Source: Amoebophrya sp. A120
Taxonomy: Eukaryota > Protista > Dinoflagellata
Length of the DNA stretch: 64,000 nt
NCBI GenBank assembly: GCA_905178155.1
Contig: CAJINV010000014.1
Location: 2,358,247-2,422,246, forward strand
Reading direction: 5' to 3'
A model generated the notes under the pieces. That model did not search any database, was not told the origin of the DNA, and saw only the letters and a list, made by a program, of their open reading frames with translations. Shown here one piece after another: positions 1 to 12,698 of this stretch (the first letter of the stretch is position 1; each line of letters opens with the position of its first letter). The translations under genes were made by a program, and so were the position numbers.

Positions 1-131
1 GTACTAGTATAAATTGCATCACAAATTTTGTCAAGAAAAAAAATGGAATTTGTAATGCTGATTTACCTAAAAAGGGATATTTGTCATGCATGATAGCAAT
101 TACTACGAGTACGATACTTTTGCACAGGATA
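1..131. mobile_element. Partial TIR introner, family D (left end outside window), inside U2SURP
   Basis: Ends ...CGATACTTTTGCACAGGATA at 131, the same terminus as copies 37691-37840 and 53551-53701; contains TTTGTAATGC and TTTGTCATGC motifs; interrupts the U2SURP frame. Confidence 0.8.
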
Positions 132-3100
132 TTCTCGGACTGGTGTTTATTCTTTTTCACCTTAGCCGCGGCTCCTTCCGGCTCTTCTGCTTTGGGGTTT
201 TTGCACAGCAGCCCCCTCTCCCGGCAGAGTTTCTCCAGTTGGGAGAAATGCTCAAACTTCGCCCACTCCTTGCGCTTCTGAGACATGCGCGAGCACTCCT
301 TGTAGTCGGAGATGGAGATTTCCCTTGAGAAACTCAACAAAAACGTCGCTTTCAAACCCTGTAAAAACATCGGGGAGAATAAACACGATTCCTGCCAGGC
401 GGCGAGAATCCGGCAAATCCGGCCGGCGAAGTACTGCTGAGGGAATCGCTTGTTGTCGTTTGTTAACGAAGAGGTGGAGGTACTAGTGGACTGCGTCTTG
501 AAGTAATCCTGGGCACTGAACATGTTGAACCCACTAGCTGCACCAGATAAATTTGTGTCGATTTCGTTTCGGTTTCCTTCTTTCTTGTTTCTCTTCTTTA
601 TCTTTTCATCATTCCCCGAAGAAGTTGTACTAGGGTTGCACTGCGTGTACAGAATCTTCCCGTACACCCAAAACATCTCCGGTAGATGTTGTTCCAGTTC
701 TTTCCGGTAGCACCAAGCCCTCGGTTGGGATAGGGAGGACGCGTTCTGTAACAAATCTGAGATCAGGTACATCCTGGCGATCGCGGAGTCGATATGGCGT
801 TCTCAACCGTTACACTCTCAACTGTTACATGATTTGTCATGCAAAATTACCTTCAGAGTCGACACCATCAAGCTGCTTCGTATGACAAATTCTCAGAGGG
901 CCGAGCAGGCTGATAATCGGTGCCAAATCTGTCATGCAAGACGCGCAAGATTCCCCCTATCACTTTTACCATTCTTGCATCACAAATTTATGTAACAGCT
1001 GAGAATGTAACAGTAACAGTTGAGAACGCCATAGTCGACCAGAAACCGGTTGTATTCGAACATGGCAGAGTCCTTCACTTCTTCAAATTTCTCGAATTCT
1101 TGCTTATCGCAGAGAAACTCCGCCGTCGCCTGCTTGGCGGAATTCGCGAATCGCTCCATCAGAATCGCCATGGCGCCGTAGATCGACTTCCGGGTCATTT
1201 TGAGTTGGCCGATGAGCTGCTCGAGCTCCTTTTTCCCTTCCTCGTCGAGGGGCTCCTGGCCCGCGACCTTCCGGGTCGACTGCTGATTCGACCACTTTGT
1301 ATCCAACTGCTCTCTGATGTTCATGGTTTTCATCTGGTTCTGCACGGTACTATTACCAGCTTGGTCAAGAAGAGAAGAATCAGGCCCACCACGTAGAACG
1401 CCGGTGACGATGCCGCTCGCAGCCGCCGCAAGCGCCTCTTCCTTGCTGGTGAACACCGATTTTTTTTCCTCCAAAATTTCCTCCTCCGTGCCATTTTCCG
1501 TCCGCCGTCGCTTCCGCCGGTAGGCGCCGGCCTCCTGGGGTATCGCGTAGTAAAACGCCTCGGGGATTTTCGGGGGGATAAACACCGGGCCGTTCCGCAC
1601 CATCTGGAACGGCTCCGTGCGCCAGCGGGTCCTTTCGTCGCCCTGGGTATAGGCGTACACCCGCCACTTGTAGTAAAGGGCTTCCTTCTCAGCATAGTTT
1701 GGGTCTCTCGGGTCCAGAAGAAAGTCGGCATTGACGAGGGAGGTAGTAGTTGTAGTAGCGGCTGAGATAGATGAAGAGGCGGTCTTAGTTTTTTTCGCAG
1801 GTGAATTCTCGTTCATCTTTTTGCGCTTCTTTTTACTCGAAGATTTCTTTGCGGTTATGGGAGAAACATCTTCCCCATCCCCTCCTGCTTCATCTTCGCC
1901 TGAGGACTCTGATGACTTTTCTTCTTTGCCATGATCAACCTCCTTGATGTCCTCGTCGGCCTCCGAGTCTGATAAGTTCTTCTGGTTCTGTTTGTGGTCA
2001 TCCTCATCGTCATCATCATTCTCCTGTCGCTCATGCAGCTTTATCGCAGCATGACTACTACTTTCCGCGAAGTTCAGAATGCCCTCTTTCACGTCCTGCC
2101 GGATCTGCTCTTCAAATGTATACCCGCATTTTGCTACGTACTGCGCCACAATGTCGATGAACCGGTGCTGTTCCTTCGTTTTCGGCACCTCTATCGTGAT
2201 TTTCTCGCGGCTTTCCTGCTCCTTGGTCTTTTGCTTCATCTCCTCGAGCAGGATGTCAAGGTCCTTCTTCTTCTGGTCCTTTTTGCTCATCGTGTTTTTC
2301 TGCTGGTAACGGCTGGCCAGATTCTGCAGCTTGTCGTCGAAATTGAGTGCAGGTTTAGGTTCAGCTGGCGTCGGCTTTTCATTTTTCATCGTTTGTTCAC
2401 CCGAAAAATTATTGTCGCTTTGCTGCACGTGTTGTAACTCCGGAAGATTTTCTTGCTGCAGCGCTTGCATTTGTTGATTGATTTTCTGCTGGAGGATCTG
2501 TTGCTGCATTTGCACCATCTGCATCTGCTGAAAAAAGATATTCCCTGAAAATTAACCATCCCCATCCAATTTGTCATGCAAAACATACATAAAATCATGT
2601 GTTTGTCATGCAAAAAGTGGATGGGGATGGGTAATTTTCAGGGAATAAAAGATCACCCCGTCGTATTGATTCGTGCCTGCACCGGCACCGGCGGGCGGGG
2701 TGGGAAAGCCTGGTAGCGTAGTACCGCTCATTGTCGTGTTTTGGTCGTTTTGTCCCATTATCAGAGACTGATTCATGAAGTTACTCGCAGCGGTGAAGGG
2801 AGCGGCTTTCGGCTGCAGAGAAGGTTGGAACAGTGCATTTTTTACTTTTGGAGGTGGTTCTGCTTGTGCTCCTTCCGACTTCACCGTATGATCTGCTCCT
2901 GCAGTCGCGCGGCCATTCGCCGGCGGGGGTTTCTTGCGCTCGTGATGTTTCTCTTCGTCTATGTCGTCGTAGTCAACAGACTTTTGTGGGTCTGCTCGCC
3001 GACCAGAGTCTGTCCGTCCGTCTTCCTGTTCCTTGGAGCGGTCTCTACTCCTCTTTCCACCTCTTGAATCCGCCCGTCGCCGCTGCCGCTCATTCTCACG

Positions 3101-3724
3101 GAGGTCACGGGTGCGCTCGCGCGGTTTTCGTTCTTCCCGACCCCGAGAGAAGTCCTCATTCATGGGAAGATCAACATCTTCTACTGCTCTGGTACTTCTT
3201 CGCTGCCGATCGCACGCTCCTGTCGTGTTTGTTGTAGTTCTCGCCCGTGAGTCTGCTCCTCGCTTGTTCTCCACCGTCCTTCTAGCACGAGGAGCATCTC
3301 TACTGTCTTTGATATCCCGTGCGGATCTTAGTGGAAGCTTCTCGTCCCTCCCCGAGGACCCAGAGTCGGCCCGTTTCGACGCTTGTTTCTGTTTGTCTTT
3401 CTGAAGCCGCGCGATCCTGCCCTCCTTCTTCCGGTCGTCCTCTCCAGACGAGGTCGTAGAAAGTCTTGTTGCGCGGGTAGTGGTTTTATTTGTCGTGGGC
3501 TTAATATCCCTACTGTTGCTCGCAGGAGCCCCCGGTGCTCTCGCCGCTCTTCTGCTGTCCTCGCGCTCGCGGCTGCGCTGCTCCCGGTGCTGCCGCCGGG
3601 ACCGGGCATCTTCATGATTCTTCGTGCTCTTTGCAGCAGCTCCCTTGTCGCGAGAGTCTTCCCGTCGCGCGGGGGCTGCTCCGCGACCGCCACGGGGGCG
3701 AGATTGTTCGGCGCGGGATTTCAT
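132..3724 (-). CDS. U2SURP: U2 snRNP-associated SURP motif-containing protein (SR140), multi-exon, 3' end beyond window start
   Basis: SURP-like EQHRFIDIVAQYVAKCGYTFEEQI; YYKWRVYAYTQGDERTRWRTEPFQMVRNGPVFIPP; CID-like IARMYLISDLLQNAS..WCYRKELEQHLPEMF and RICRILAAWQESCLFSPMFLQGLKATF, joined in frame after removing the elements at 793-1033 and 2539-2647. Confidence 0.88.
793..1033. mobile_element. TIR introner family A (241 bp), TSD GTCGA
   Basis: TATGGCGTTCTCAA...TTGAGAACGCCATA; GTCGA at 788-792 and 1034-1038; removal gives YNRFLVDSAIARMY. Confidence 0.93.
2539..2647. mobile_element. TIR introner family I (109 bp), TSD AAAGA
   Basis: ~30-bp near-perfect TIR TATTCCCTGAAAATTA(A/C)CCATCCCCATCCA; AAAGA at 2534-2538 and 2648-2652; removal gives YDGVIFFQQMQ. 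Confidence 0.92.
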
Positions 3725-4576
3725 GCTTGCACGTCATGCGCCGCTGACTCACGAATATATGGCGCGTGGTGGAACAAGGTAAGAACTAATGGTGACTGAG
3801 CCCTGACGGGATTTTCGGGCACCTACAAACTCTGGGCAGGAGGGTCGGGATAAGTATATCATGGGTCATTGTTTGCGCTTGGGTTCCTGTGTATGCGTCA
3901 AGCTCAAGTATCGCTACACGCTACCATGTCATATTTTTTTTTTTGGAGCGAACGTCAATGTTATGTCGCCACCTCGAGGGAGGTTTGTCTGTGTGCCTGT
4001 CATGTAGAAAACAAAATAGTACGCCAGGAGAAAAAATACACTTGTAACTACTGCCGCAGACAAAGTGAAACACTATTTGTTGCCTTGAGCTACCTTGATC
4101 TTGATCTTTGTTCGATAAAAATGCAGGCAGAGATCCGGAAAAGAGTGCTCGTCGGAGATCTTCAAAAAGGCTGGTGCAAAAATTTTGATACATCATCCGT
4201 TGGTCTGCCTCTGCGCTTGTGCAGTGTGATCATATGATCAGCACATTGATAATAATACCTATCCGCGGAACAAAATGCTAGTGCAACTGCTGGAGAGCCT
4301 TCGTCGTCAACTTAATCATTGTCGCTCGTAGACAGCGACGCGAAAGCTTTCCATTTTTCTCAAATTCTGAAACTCTCCTGTATTCTCAACAAATTGACCA
4401 TCACTACAGTCGTGAAGATCCACTTTGTCTTCTTCTTCTATTGCTGCTACGACTAAGTTCTTTTTAGATACTAGCAGCGTCTGCGACGGATCAACATTTT
4501 GGTGCGTAGGTATCTTCTTGTTGGTTCTGTCCCTTTCGACGCTGGTGCTACAACCAGCACTATCTCCAGAACCTGT

Positions 4577-7500
4577 CTAATCCTTCTTCCCAGCCATCCC
4601 GCCCGCGGCCATGGCCCTGGATAAACGCCACCTGGTCTCCTTACACGCACACAGTTCCGCGTTTCCCAGGAACACCAGAACCACGAAGATTGGAACTAGG
4701 TACGTGACCATGCCGAACAATGGGAGATAGAAGTAGAAGTTCCACAGGAGAAACACGACCGACCCCAAGCCGGTGAGAAAGAAAAGCGCGGTCTTGCTGT
4801 GGGTAAGCAGGGAGAGGTTCCACCTGAAGGGAGTTTTTTTGCGTTGGGTATCATGCGAGATTTGTATCCTCTCCGCCAAAACAGTAAGTTTGTAGCACAG
4901 GAGTCAATCATGCAGACTTCTGCATCAATAAACGCGTACTAACATCTTGTTCTACCTTGTCACCATGGCCAGGCACATCACCCCGAAGAGGAAGCAAACG
5001 AGTGACACGAAAATGGTTGGCAGCAAGTGATTTGGCCTTTTTTCCGGTTTTCGAAACATGTGCTCGATCGGTTCCACCGCGGCAAAATATTTAAACTCCG
5101 AGGTCGCCAGCGCGTTGTGCAGACTGCTGTCCTTCCGCAGCTCTTCCCCCTGCTTCGGCAACTTGCTGTTCGTGATCGTCATCTCGCTCGGTTGGGAGAA
5201 GACGAATTCGATCGTGCCGATTTTTTCCTCGATCGCGTTCTTGATCCGCTTATCCCCGACGATAATGGAAAGTTCATAGAATCCGTCGTAGGCGAGCATG
5301 CATTTCTTCGAGCTCAACGCGCAGCTGAGCTCGAAACTAGTCTGGTCCTCCTCCTGTTTCGCGTTCAGCCACACGGTCTGGGTGAGGGGAAGGCCGAGGG
5401 GCCTTTTCGCGCCGGACTTTTCCTCTAGGTACTTCAAGAGGAGGGCAACCTGGAGGGTGGTAAATAAGATCCGTTCTTTTTCTCTTGATGTACTTATGTA
5501 GACGTACTTTATTCAGGATCAGGATTGCAGAATGAAAACGAAGCTGAAGAACCTTCCACATGAGCAAGACCTTGACTCCTCAATGGAAAATACAGTGCGC
5601 CGCACCTCGTCCAGGAGGCAAACAACATCAACATATGACGTGTAGTACTAACCTGCTGCGGCTTGACCGATTTCCCAGTTGTCCCTACGTCACTGACCGT
5701 CATATCTAAATACAAGCTCATCGTGTCGTCCAGTCTCAAGTCCGCCTGCAGCTTCTTCCCGTCCTCCAAGGAAAAAGCCGTCTCTGCCTGGTGCTTCTTC
5801 GTGCCGACATCCAAAGTCAAAGCCATGATCTTCGCCGTGTAGGGATTATCGGCCAACTGTCGCTTCAGTTCCTTCTTCTTCGCTGGTGTCGGAGGTCTTG
5901 CTGGCTTGTTTTTCGCTTTTTCTTTCTTCTTTGAAGTTGTAGTGGTGGTAGTTTTGGATTTTGTAGTCGTGGTTGATGTAGTGGTTGAACTTCTAGTTGT
6001 TGTACTCGTAGTACTACTACTCGCCGTTGCCTTTGGTGTGTAGGACAGTTCGAAAGTTGCTGCCTTGCCCGTTTTACTAGAACCGACTTTGAACTTCGCG
6101 GTCGCGCCTTTGTCGGTAGGTGCGGTGGCCTGAAGATTTTATGTATGGGTGCCGCGAGCAAGATGATGAACAACATAAAAATGCGCAAGAAGAGTAAACC
6201 TAAACCATGACATAATTTTTCTGGTTGCACCTTGATCTTCGCCTCGTACAGCGTCCCGTCCGAGCCCTTCGATGAACTCAGCTTCGTCTCTTTCCCATCT
6301 TCAACCAGAAAAACGCTCTCCAAATTCGCGCCAAAAAAGTCCGAGGCTTTCAGTTCCAAGCTCTTCTCGTTACTGCTCACAACTTTTGCGACCACGACAT
6401 CTGCAGCGGACAAATCCAAAATTCCAGACGCAGCAGCGCTTTTCAAGGCAAAGAGGGCGAAGGCCTGACGATTTGTTTCACATAGACATAGAGCAGACCC
6501 GGTTTCAGGTTATGCTTCAACATGTCCGTCTGTTTCTCGTCAGCACTTGCGGTGGAGAGAAACTTTTATGCAGCGGCAAAACAACAAATACGCCCATAAT
6601 TTTCCTACTTACTTTCCGTACCCTGTGCGCCGGTCCTGCTTTCTCCATTCCGTGCTTCACGTTCGTGAGGAATTTTTTTTTCGATTCCGCAGTGTCCTGC
6701 AAAAACGTTTTCCGCAGCGTCGCGAGCACCGCCTTTTTCGAACCGCCGAGCCATACAGTATCTTCCCCCTTGTCCATGGCGGCGAGGAGGTCCGAAAGCG
6801 CGACCATCAGGGTGAAAACCGAGTACGCTTCGACGTACTTGTTTCCCGCGTCAAAAAGCGCCTGGGGCTCGGGTAGTTCTTCCTTGTTCTTCGCAAACTT
6901 CTTGCCGAAAAACTTTTCGTTTGCCTTCTCGAGGAGGTCCTTCGGAATGTCAGCGGCCTCCTTCCCGCGGAAATCCTTTGCCATGGCCAGTGCGGTAAGG
7001 ATCAAAGCGCTCCCCGGGGCGGCGGACTTCCTCTGGTCTTCGGCCAAGACGGATTTCAGAAGAGCGAGGTACCTGGATTCAGTTTCAGATGAAAGTATCT
7101 AGTTCATTTGAATCGAAATACTGCAAGAAATGCGTTTGATGATCAATTATGTCCACCGCGATAGAAGATCAACACAACTGCAGGTACAGCTACAAGAACA
7201 AATTGAAGTCATCTATACACGACCTGGACCATCTACATCTACTTCCATATCAAAAATACTTTTTCTTCTTCGACTTTGCTTTTGGTGCCGCGGACAAACC
7301 GCGGATTGCGTAGTACTGCTCCAATTTGGACGCGTTCTCGTCCGTCAATAACACATCCAGCGCCTTCAGACTCGGAAAATTCGCCTTTTCCCGGTCCACA
7401 CATTTCGTCTTCCCATCATTCAAGTCCTGCTGCGCCAGCAGGTAGAACATGGTCTCTCTCGCGACCTCGTCTGCGGGCGTGGCGCCAGTGGTTGCGTTGA

Positions 7501-8017
7501 TTTGGATTGCTTTTTCGTCGGCCAACTGAGCACAGAGCGCTTGTTGAGAGAGCGGGAGTTTCGTTTGTTTCTTGTCTTCCTGCTGAAAAATCTGCTGAAA
7601 TTTCCGGTAAAAAAAGACATCGCCGGCGGTAGCCATTTTCTTCGCGTCGGAATGGAGAAAACCGTCGGTTTTGTCGAAGAGGATGGAGGACTCTGAATAC
7701 ATAGGCTCGGACACGACGATCGCGTCGGATGGTGAAGCAGGTTGTGCTGCGGTTGCGGTGTGGTGGAGCAGGAGAGTGGAGGAACACGTGGCTGCCGTCG
7801 AGAGAAACACTGCTCGAGTCGCTCTGTAGCGCAAGCGGTTTCTTCTGGCGACTGCGCGGCGGCTCTCTGAGTAGGAAAGTAATGTTGGGCCGACCGGCGG
7901 CGCGTCCGATCGTCCTGCACTCGGTGAGACTTGCCGACCATGATCACCGACACTTGCTTCACTGCCCGACATCCTTGCGCTACGTTCGGGTGAGCAGCTA
8001 CGCTGTAGGCTGTCCAT
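4577..8017 (-). CDS. RPN2: Oligosaccharyltransferase subunit ribophorin II (Swp1/OST delta), multi-exon
   Basis: C-terminal motifs ELSIIVGDKRIKNAI, IEHMFRKPEKRP followed by three hydrophobic helices, typical of ribophorin II; GT-AG introns (e.g. 4824-4955). Start codon and some 5' junctions uncertain. Confidence 0.8.
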
Positions 8018-9437
8018 CCGAAATGGAAATAAACCACTTCCAATTTATTACTCTGCTAATCGTAAAGCAATTACAATTTCCTGCAACCATAAGCTGTTTC
8101 ACCGGGCGCTCTCGATCACAGATGAAGAACGAAATCCGGATCAATACCAAGGAGGAGGAGATGAATCTTGCTCCGTGGAATAAACAGAGTTGTGATCTTC
8201 ATCTTCCAAACAAACAGCACACACTCCACAAAGTGATGAAACTGGACCGCAAAAAGGCCTGGCGAGGAACAATAGCCAAATGCGTATGTCTACATGGCCG
8301 CAAATTTCGATCCTCCTGCAAATAAAAAAAAAACAAACAAAATCGTGGTGGGGCTGTCAAACAAAAATGAAACTAACAAATGTACGACGAAAGGCAAATG
8401 CCAGCGACTGCAAGAAAGGACTTCAGTTCATCTTTCACTGAACAATATGGCCCTGGCCATGCATGCTGCCGATGCGGAAAGTCCCAACGTTGCAGCCGGG
8501 GTGTTTCGATGGAGGAGGAACGACTGTGCTCTGACTGGCCGAGCAATCATCGGCCCCCGAATCAATCTCCGGGAGCTAGAAGACGAAGGTCGAGGAGCTA
8601 ACAACAGGCCACCGCTGCCTGGCCACCCAGATCCCTTGTTGCGGCGCGCCAATGATCACGCCAAGGAACCAAGTAACTAAGAGAAGGCATGAAGGCATGC
8701 GGCGCGGGCTCCGAAACACACTCACGCCGCGCCATAGGAGGCCGCGCGCAAATCCACACCGAGGAAACAAGGGGCCGCCCCGCCGGCGGGGCGCGCTGGC
8801 TGTGGCTGGGCGGGGAGGGCGCGATGGCGGCCGGGCTGGGCCGGGCGTGCCACCGACCTGGAAAGAATGAATGGGCAAGGGGCCGGCCCCAACCAAGCCG
8901 CCCCGCTTGAATTTACTACGAACGCCGCCTGCCGGCGCGCTGGCTGGGCTGGACCGGCCCGGCCGGCTGCCCCGTCTTCCTGCCCGGGGCGGGGCGGGCG
9001 CTGTCGGCGCCCCTGATGTCTAGGCAATCGCCGCCGCGCGCGGGCTTCCTGGGCCTTCGGGGCCCGGGCGTCCGGGGGGCCCATATCGAGATCGATCGCC
9101 CGACTGGGAGGCCTTTGGCAATCAAGGGGCGCGCCTTTGGCGATGCGATGGGGCTGCAATTTCCGCGCCCAAACTTGTCTTACTCCCCGGGCCTGCCCGG
9201 CCGCCTCCATCAGGGCCCCACCGGCAGCGGAAGCAAACGGGCCCACGAACGGCCTCTATTTGGACGGCCATCGCCCCCCGAGCGACGGACCGGGCGGGCC
9301 CCCGGGGGCCAAAGCAATAGCCTGCGCGCACTGCTTCCGCGCAGGCACCGACGGCACGCGCTGCGGCCGCGAAGACGCGCGCTCTCTATGTACCTACTCC
9401 CTCCGACACACTTCGCCCCTTCACAGGCCACGAGGGC

Positions 9438-10785
9438 GGGCCCGGCCTCAGGCGGGAAACACCCGGGCGGCCTCTGCTTCTAAAAAAATTCTAATTTTCC
9501 CGGCTTTTCAAAATTTCCCTGGCCCCAAACCCCCTACCTAAATAACAACCCTCGCCCCACATCGCAGGACGCCGCATCGGCTGCACAATAACAAAGAACC
9601 CGGAGGCAGCCACCCCGGCATCATGATGACCGCACACACCCTCCGTTGCAGAGCCCACACAACCACCAGATCTGAGAAGGTACTGCCACAAACGACAACC
9701 CCAAGCGCCCCAACCCGATTCCAAAGACACATCACCCCAAGGCCTTTACCGAAGAAACAAAATCCCGAGCCCTGGCCCACGAGCGAAAATTAGACTGCAG
9801 GTCGCGCCGCCAGTTCCGAAGCGAATTCTAGAAGCCACCTCCACAGGTGGCGCCTAGCTTTCGCTTCTGCAGATGGCTTCTAAAAAACCTTCTAAAAAAC
9901 CTTCTAATTTTCGCTTCTAAAGTGACCTTCTAAAATGACCTTCTAAAACCGACCTTCTAAAATGGCTTCTAAAATGGCTTCTAAAAAGCCATTTCTAGAA
10001 GCTTCTAATTCGTTCTTCTAAAATTCTTCTAATTCTCATCCCGAACCCAGGAAAATCCCGGACCCTGCCCGGCTTCTAATAATCTTCTAAAATGGCCGAT
10101 AGCGCGAAATCCCGTGGGAAATTCGCGTTTTCGGGTTTTAGAAGATCCATGACCGGGATTTTGGCGTCCGGATTTTCCAATTTTAGAAGCCGAAAAATAC
10201 ATCTTGCCGAACTTCTATTTTAGAAGATCGGCAAGATTTCCCACCCTGAAGTGTCTGATTGTAGGCGACACTGGGAGATGATGGTCGACATGTGTCAGCC
10301 ATCATGTCCTGCCTGTGAAGTATGGTCTTGCGTCCCAATAGAGACACAGACCACCACGACATCGGAAAACGAGACGACAACACGAAAGAGTGTGTGTCAT
10401 TTCGGATTCAAAAAAGGTAATGGCCTAACATCTTCAAGCCCAGAGCTCAACAAATAACCAGCAACCTAAACCCAACCAGAAGCCAACGAGAGCCCCACCA
10501 AACTGGGCGGCCCTCTTTACCCCGGAAACGGCCCAAATTTTTAAATTTTAAAACCCCGGAACCCGCAGAAGGCGTCGGGCCCACGCAAATCCTGACCCTG
10601 AAACAAGCGAACCACGAAAAGACAAGGGCGACGCGGGCAAATGGGTGGGCGACCACGCTCGGCAACCCAAGGGCGGGGACGGGCGGGGCCGGCAGCAGAG
10701 GGAGACCGGAATTTTTTTCAAACCGGGAAAATTAGCAGGGTTTTAGAAGAAAATCCCGCCCGGGGCGTCACCGCCTGACCGGCCC
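9438..10785. mobile_element. Foldback/MITE-like element with imperfect ~80-bp terminal inverted repeats and internal CTTCTAAAA arrays
   Basis: 9438-9518 (CCCGGGCGG..GCTTCTAAAA..CTAATTTTCCCGG) is the imperfect reverse complement of 10708-10785; more than 10 CTTCTAA units at 9877-10091, inverted TTTTAGAAG units from ~10136. Confidence 0.5.
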
Positions 10786-12698
10786 CAGAACTGCCGGCGC
10801 CGGAGGACGGGCCAGGAAACACCGGGGCCCTGGCGGTGTGCCGTGGCGGTCGGGTCCATCGCGGGTCGATGGGGTTGGCGCCGGCGCACTGCGGCGCCCG
10901 TCCGGATTTCTGAAGTTAGTCCGTCGGCACGAGTGGGCTTCCTGGCGAAGAGGCTCACGCCGCGTCGAATCTACCCAAGGCAGGGAAGAAAAGACCGGCG
11001 CCCCGCGCGTCGCAGGACAGCACCGCTCTGCCGGCCCTTCGCCAGCATGCTCCAGGAGAAAAGCGGCGCGGCAGCTATTACCTTTTAACGCGCACCCGGC
11101 CAACTGCACCGGCCCAAACGCTTCCAGCGCGCCAAAGGTAAGCGCGGCGCTCTCGGGCGTGGCGACACTCATCGAGCGCGGGGCCGGCCCCCTGCCAGCT
11201 GGGGCCCGGCCGCGCGCTTGCCACCAGGACGAAGCGACGCCGCCCGGACATAGAAAACCTCGCCCCGCTTCCACCGGGCCGGCGGCGCATATGGCCGCGG
11301 ATCTTTTTGCGCCGCGGCGCTTTTCTCGCGCGCTCGCTGCTTGCCCTAACTGCCAGACAGGCAAAGCAAAGCCCCGCGCCGCTTGGCTCTGCTACACTTG
11401 CCGGAACGCCATCCGCTCACCCGATCGGTGTACCAGTACCCTTGGAAGGCAAACGTCAGCGACGGAATACTTAAAAGGCCCGCGGCCGCAAGAGACGAAA
11501 CAACAACAGCCGCAGGAAAGCAAGGGCTGTCTGCAGAAGTGACTGAACACAGAAGATCATGCCTCCGCTGGCTTTTCGAACGCGGCAAGACGAAGCGATG
11601 AAAATTTCGAGCGTCTTCTTTTCTTTTCGTTAGTGTTCCTCTATGGCTTTCTTGTTGCTCTGGGCACTGCTGGAACACCGCCATCGGTGTTCCAGTGCTT
11701 CTGTTTCCGTCAGCTTGACGAGGATGCACAGTTGAGTTGTATCTCCTTCGACTCTTGCTTCATCATCGTCCACGACAGGCAGCTGCACAGGTCACATTAG
11801 TTGCAACCGGAGCAGAGGCTTGTCGTCCGATGGTCGATACGCATGAAATAGTTCGCTTCTTCGTTTAGTGAGGCGTAGTTCTTCAAATAAAACACATACT
11901 ACGGGGACAGCAACAGTTTTAGCTCTTTCTTCGTTTCATTTAAGGTGAGACTCCATTGGAAATCTTGCTTCGTTCTAGCTTCATCTGATGTATTAGTTTC
12001 ATTGGATTTAAACTTGTTGTCGCGAAAGAAATTCGACTTTGACATTTTAAGTGCTGCATAGGAAAGCGATAGAAAGACAACTAGCAATAGCAAGGCGAGT
12101 TGTAAGCTCAGCTTCAGAGGTTCTGACATACTACACGTAAAAACTGTTCTTCAAATAAAACGACATGGACATCATGATTTTTCAGGCATTAAAAAGGAAA
12201 AACGCGAGCATTGCATTTTTTGATAAGCAGTAAAATGATAGAGATCAGCACTTACGCTGCTACTTGCGAGTGCGGGATCCCACATCTCATAGGAACGCTG
12301 CACCTGCAGTGCGTTTGGTGGAAAAGCATTCGAATCAAACAAATCTTGTGTACAGTTCTGCGATGAAAATTTAGGATAACGCGTCTTGAGGATCAATACT
12401 GATCAATTAGTACAGCTACAGCACGATACACTGCATTTTTCTATAGTAAAATGATTTCTCGATGATGAATTGGATTAACATTAAGCTATTGACCTGCAAT
12501 AACAATGGAAAATGGAAAATACAAATAGATTCTCTACAACTTGCTTCTGCACCGACACAAAAGTACGGTACACAATCGTCGTGCACAAAGCTTTCTTGCG
12601 TGTGCTAATGCAAGTAGTGCGCTCTGTGATGAAAATACGATAGTTGAGTTGTACCTACTAACACTACTTACACAACACCCCAAAACCTCCTCTCTACT

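Noticed and set aside
7096-7258. TAT...ATA segment in ribophorin II as an introner
   Set aside because: No extended TIR, TSD or internal motif; an in-frame GC-AG intron (7099-7279) explains the junction.
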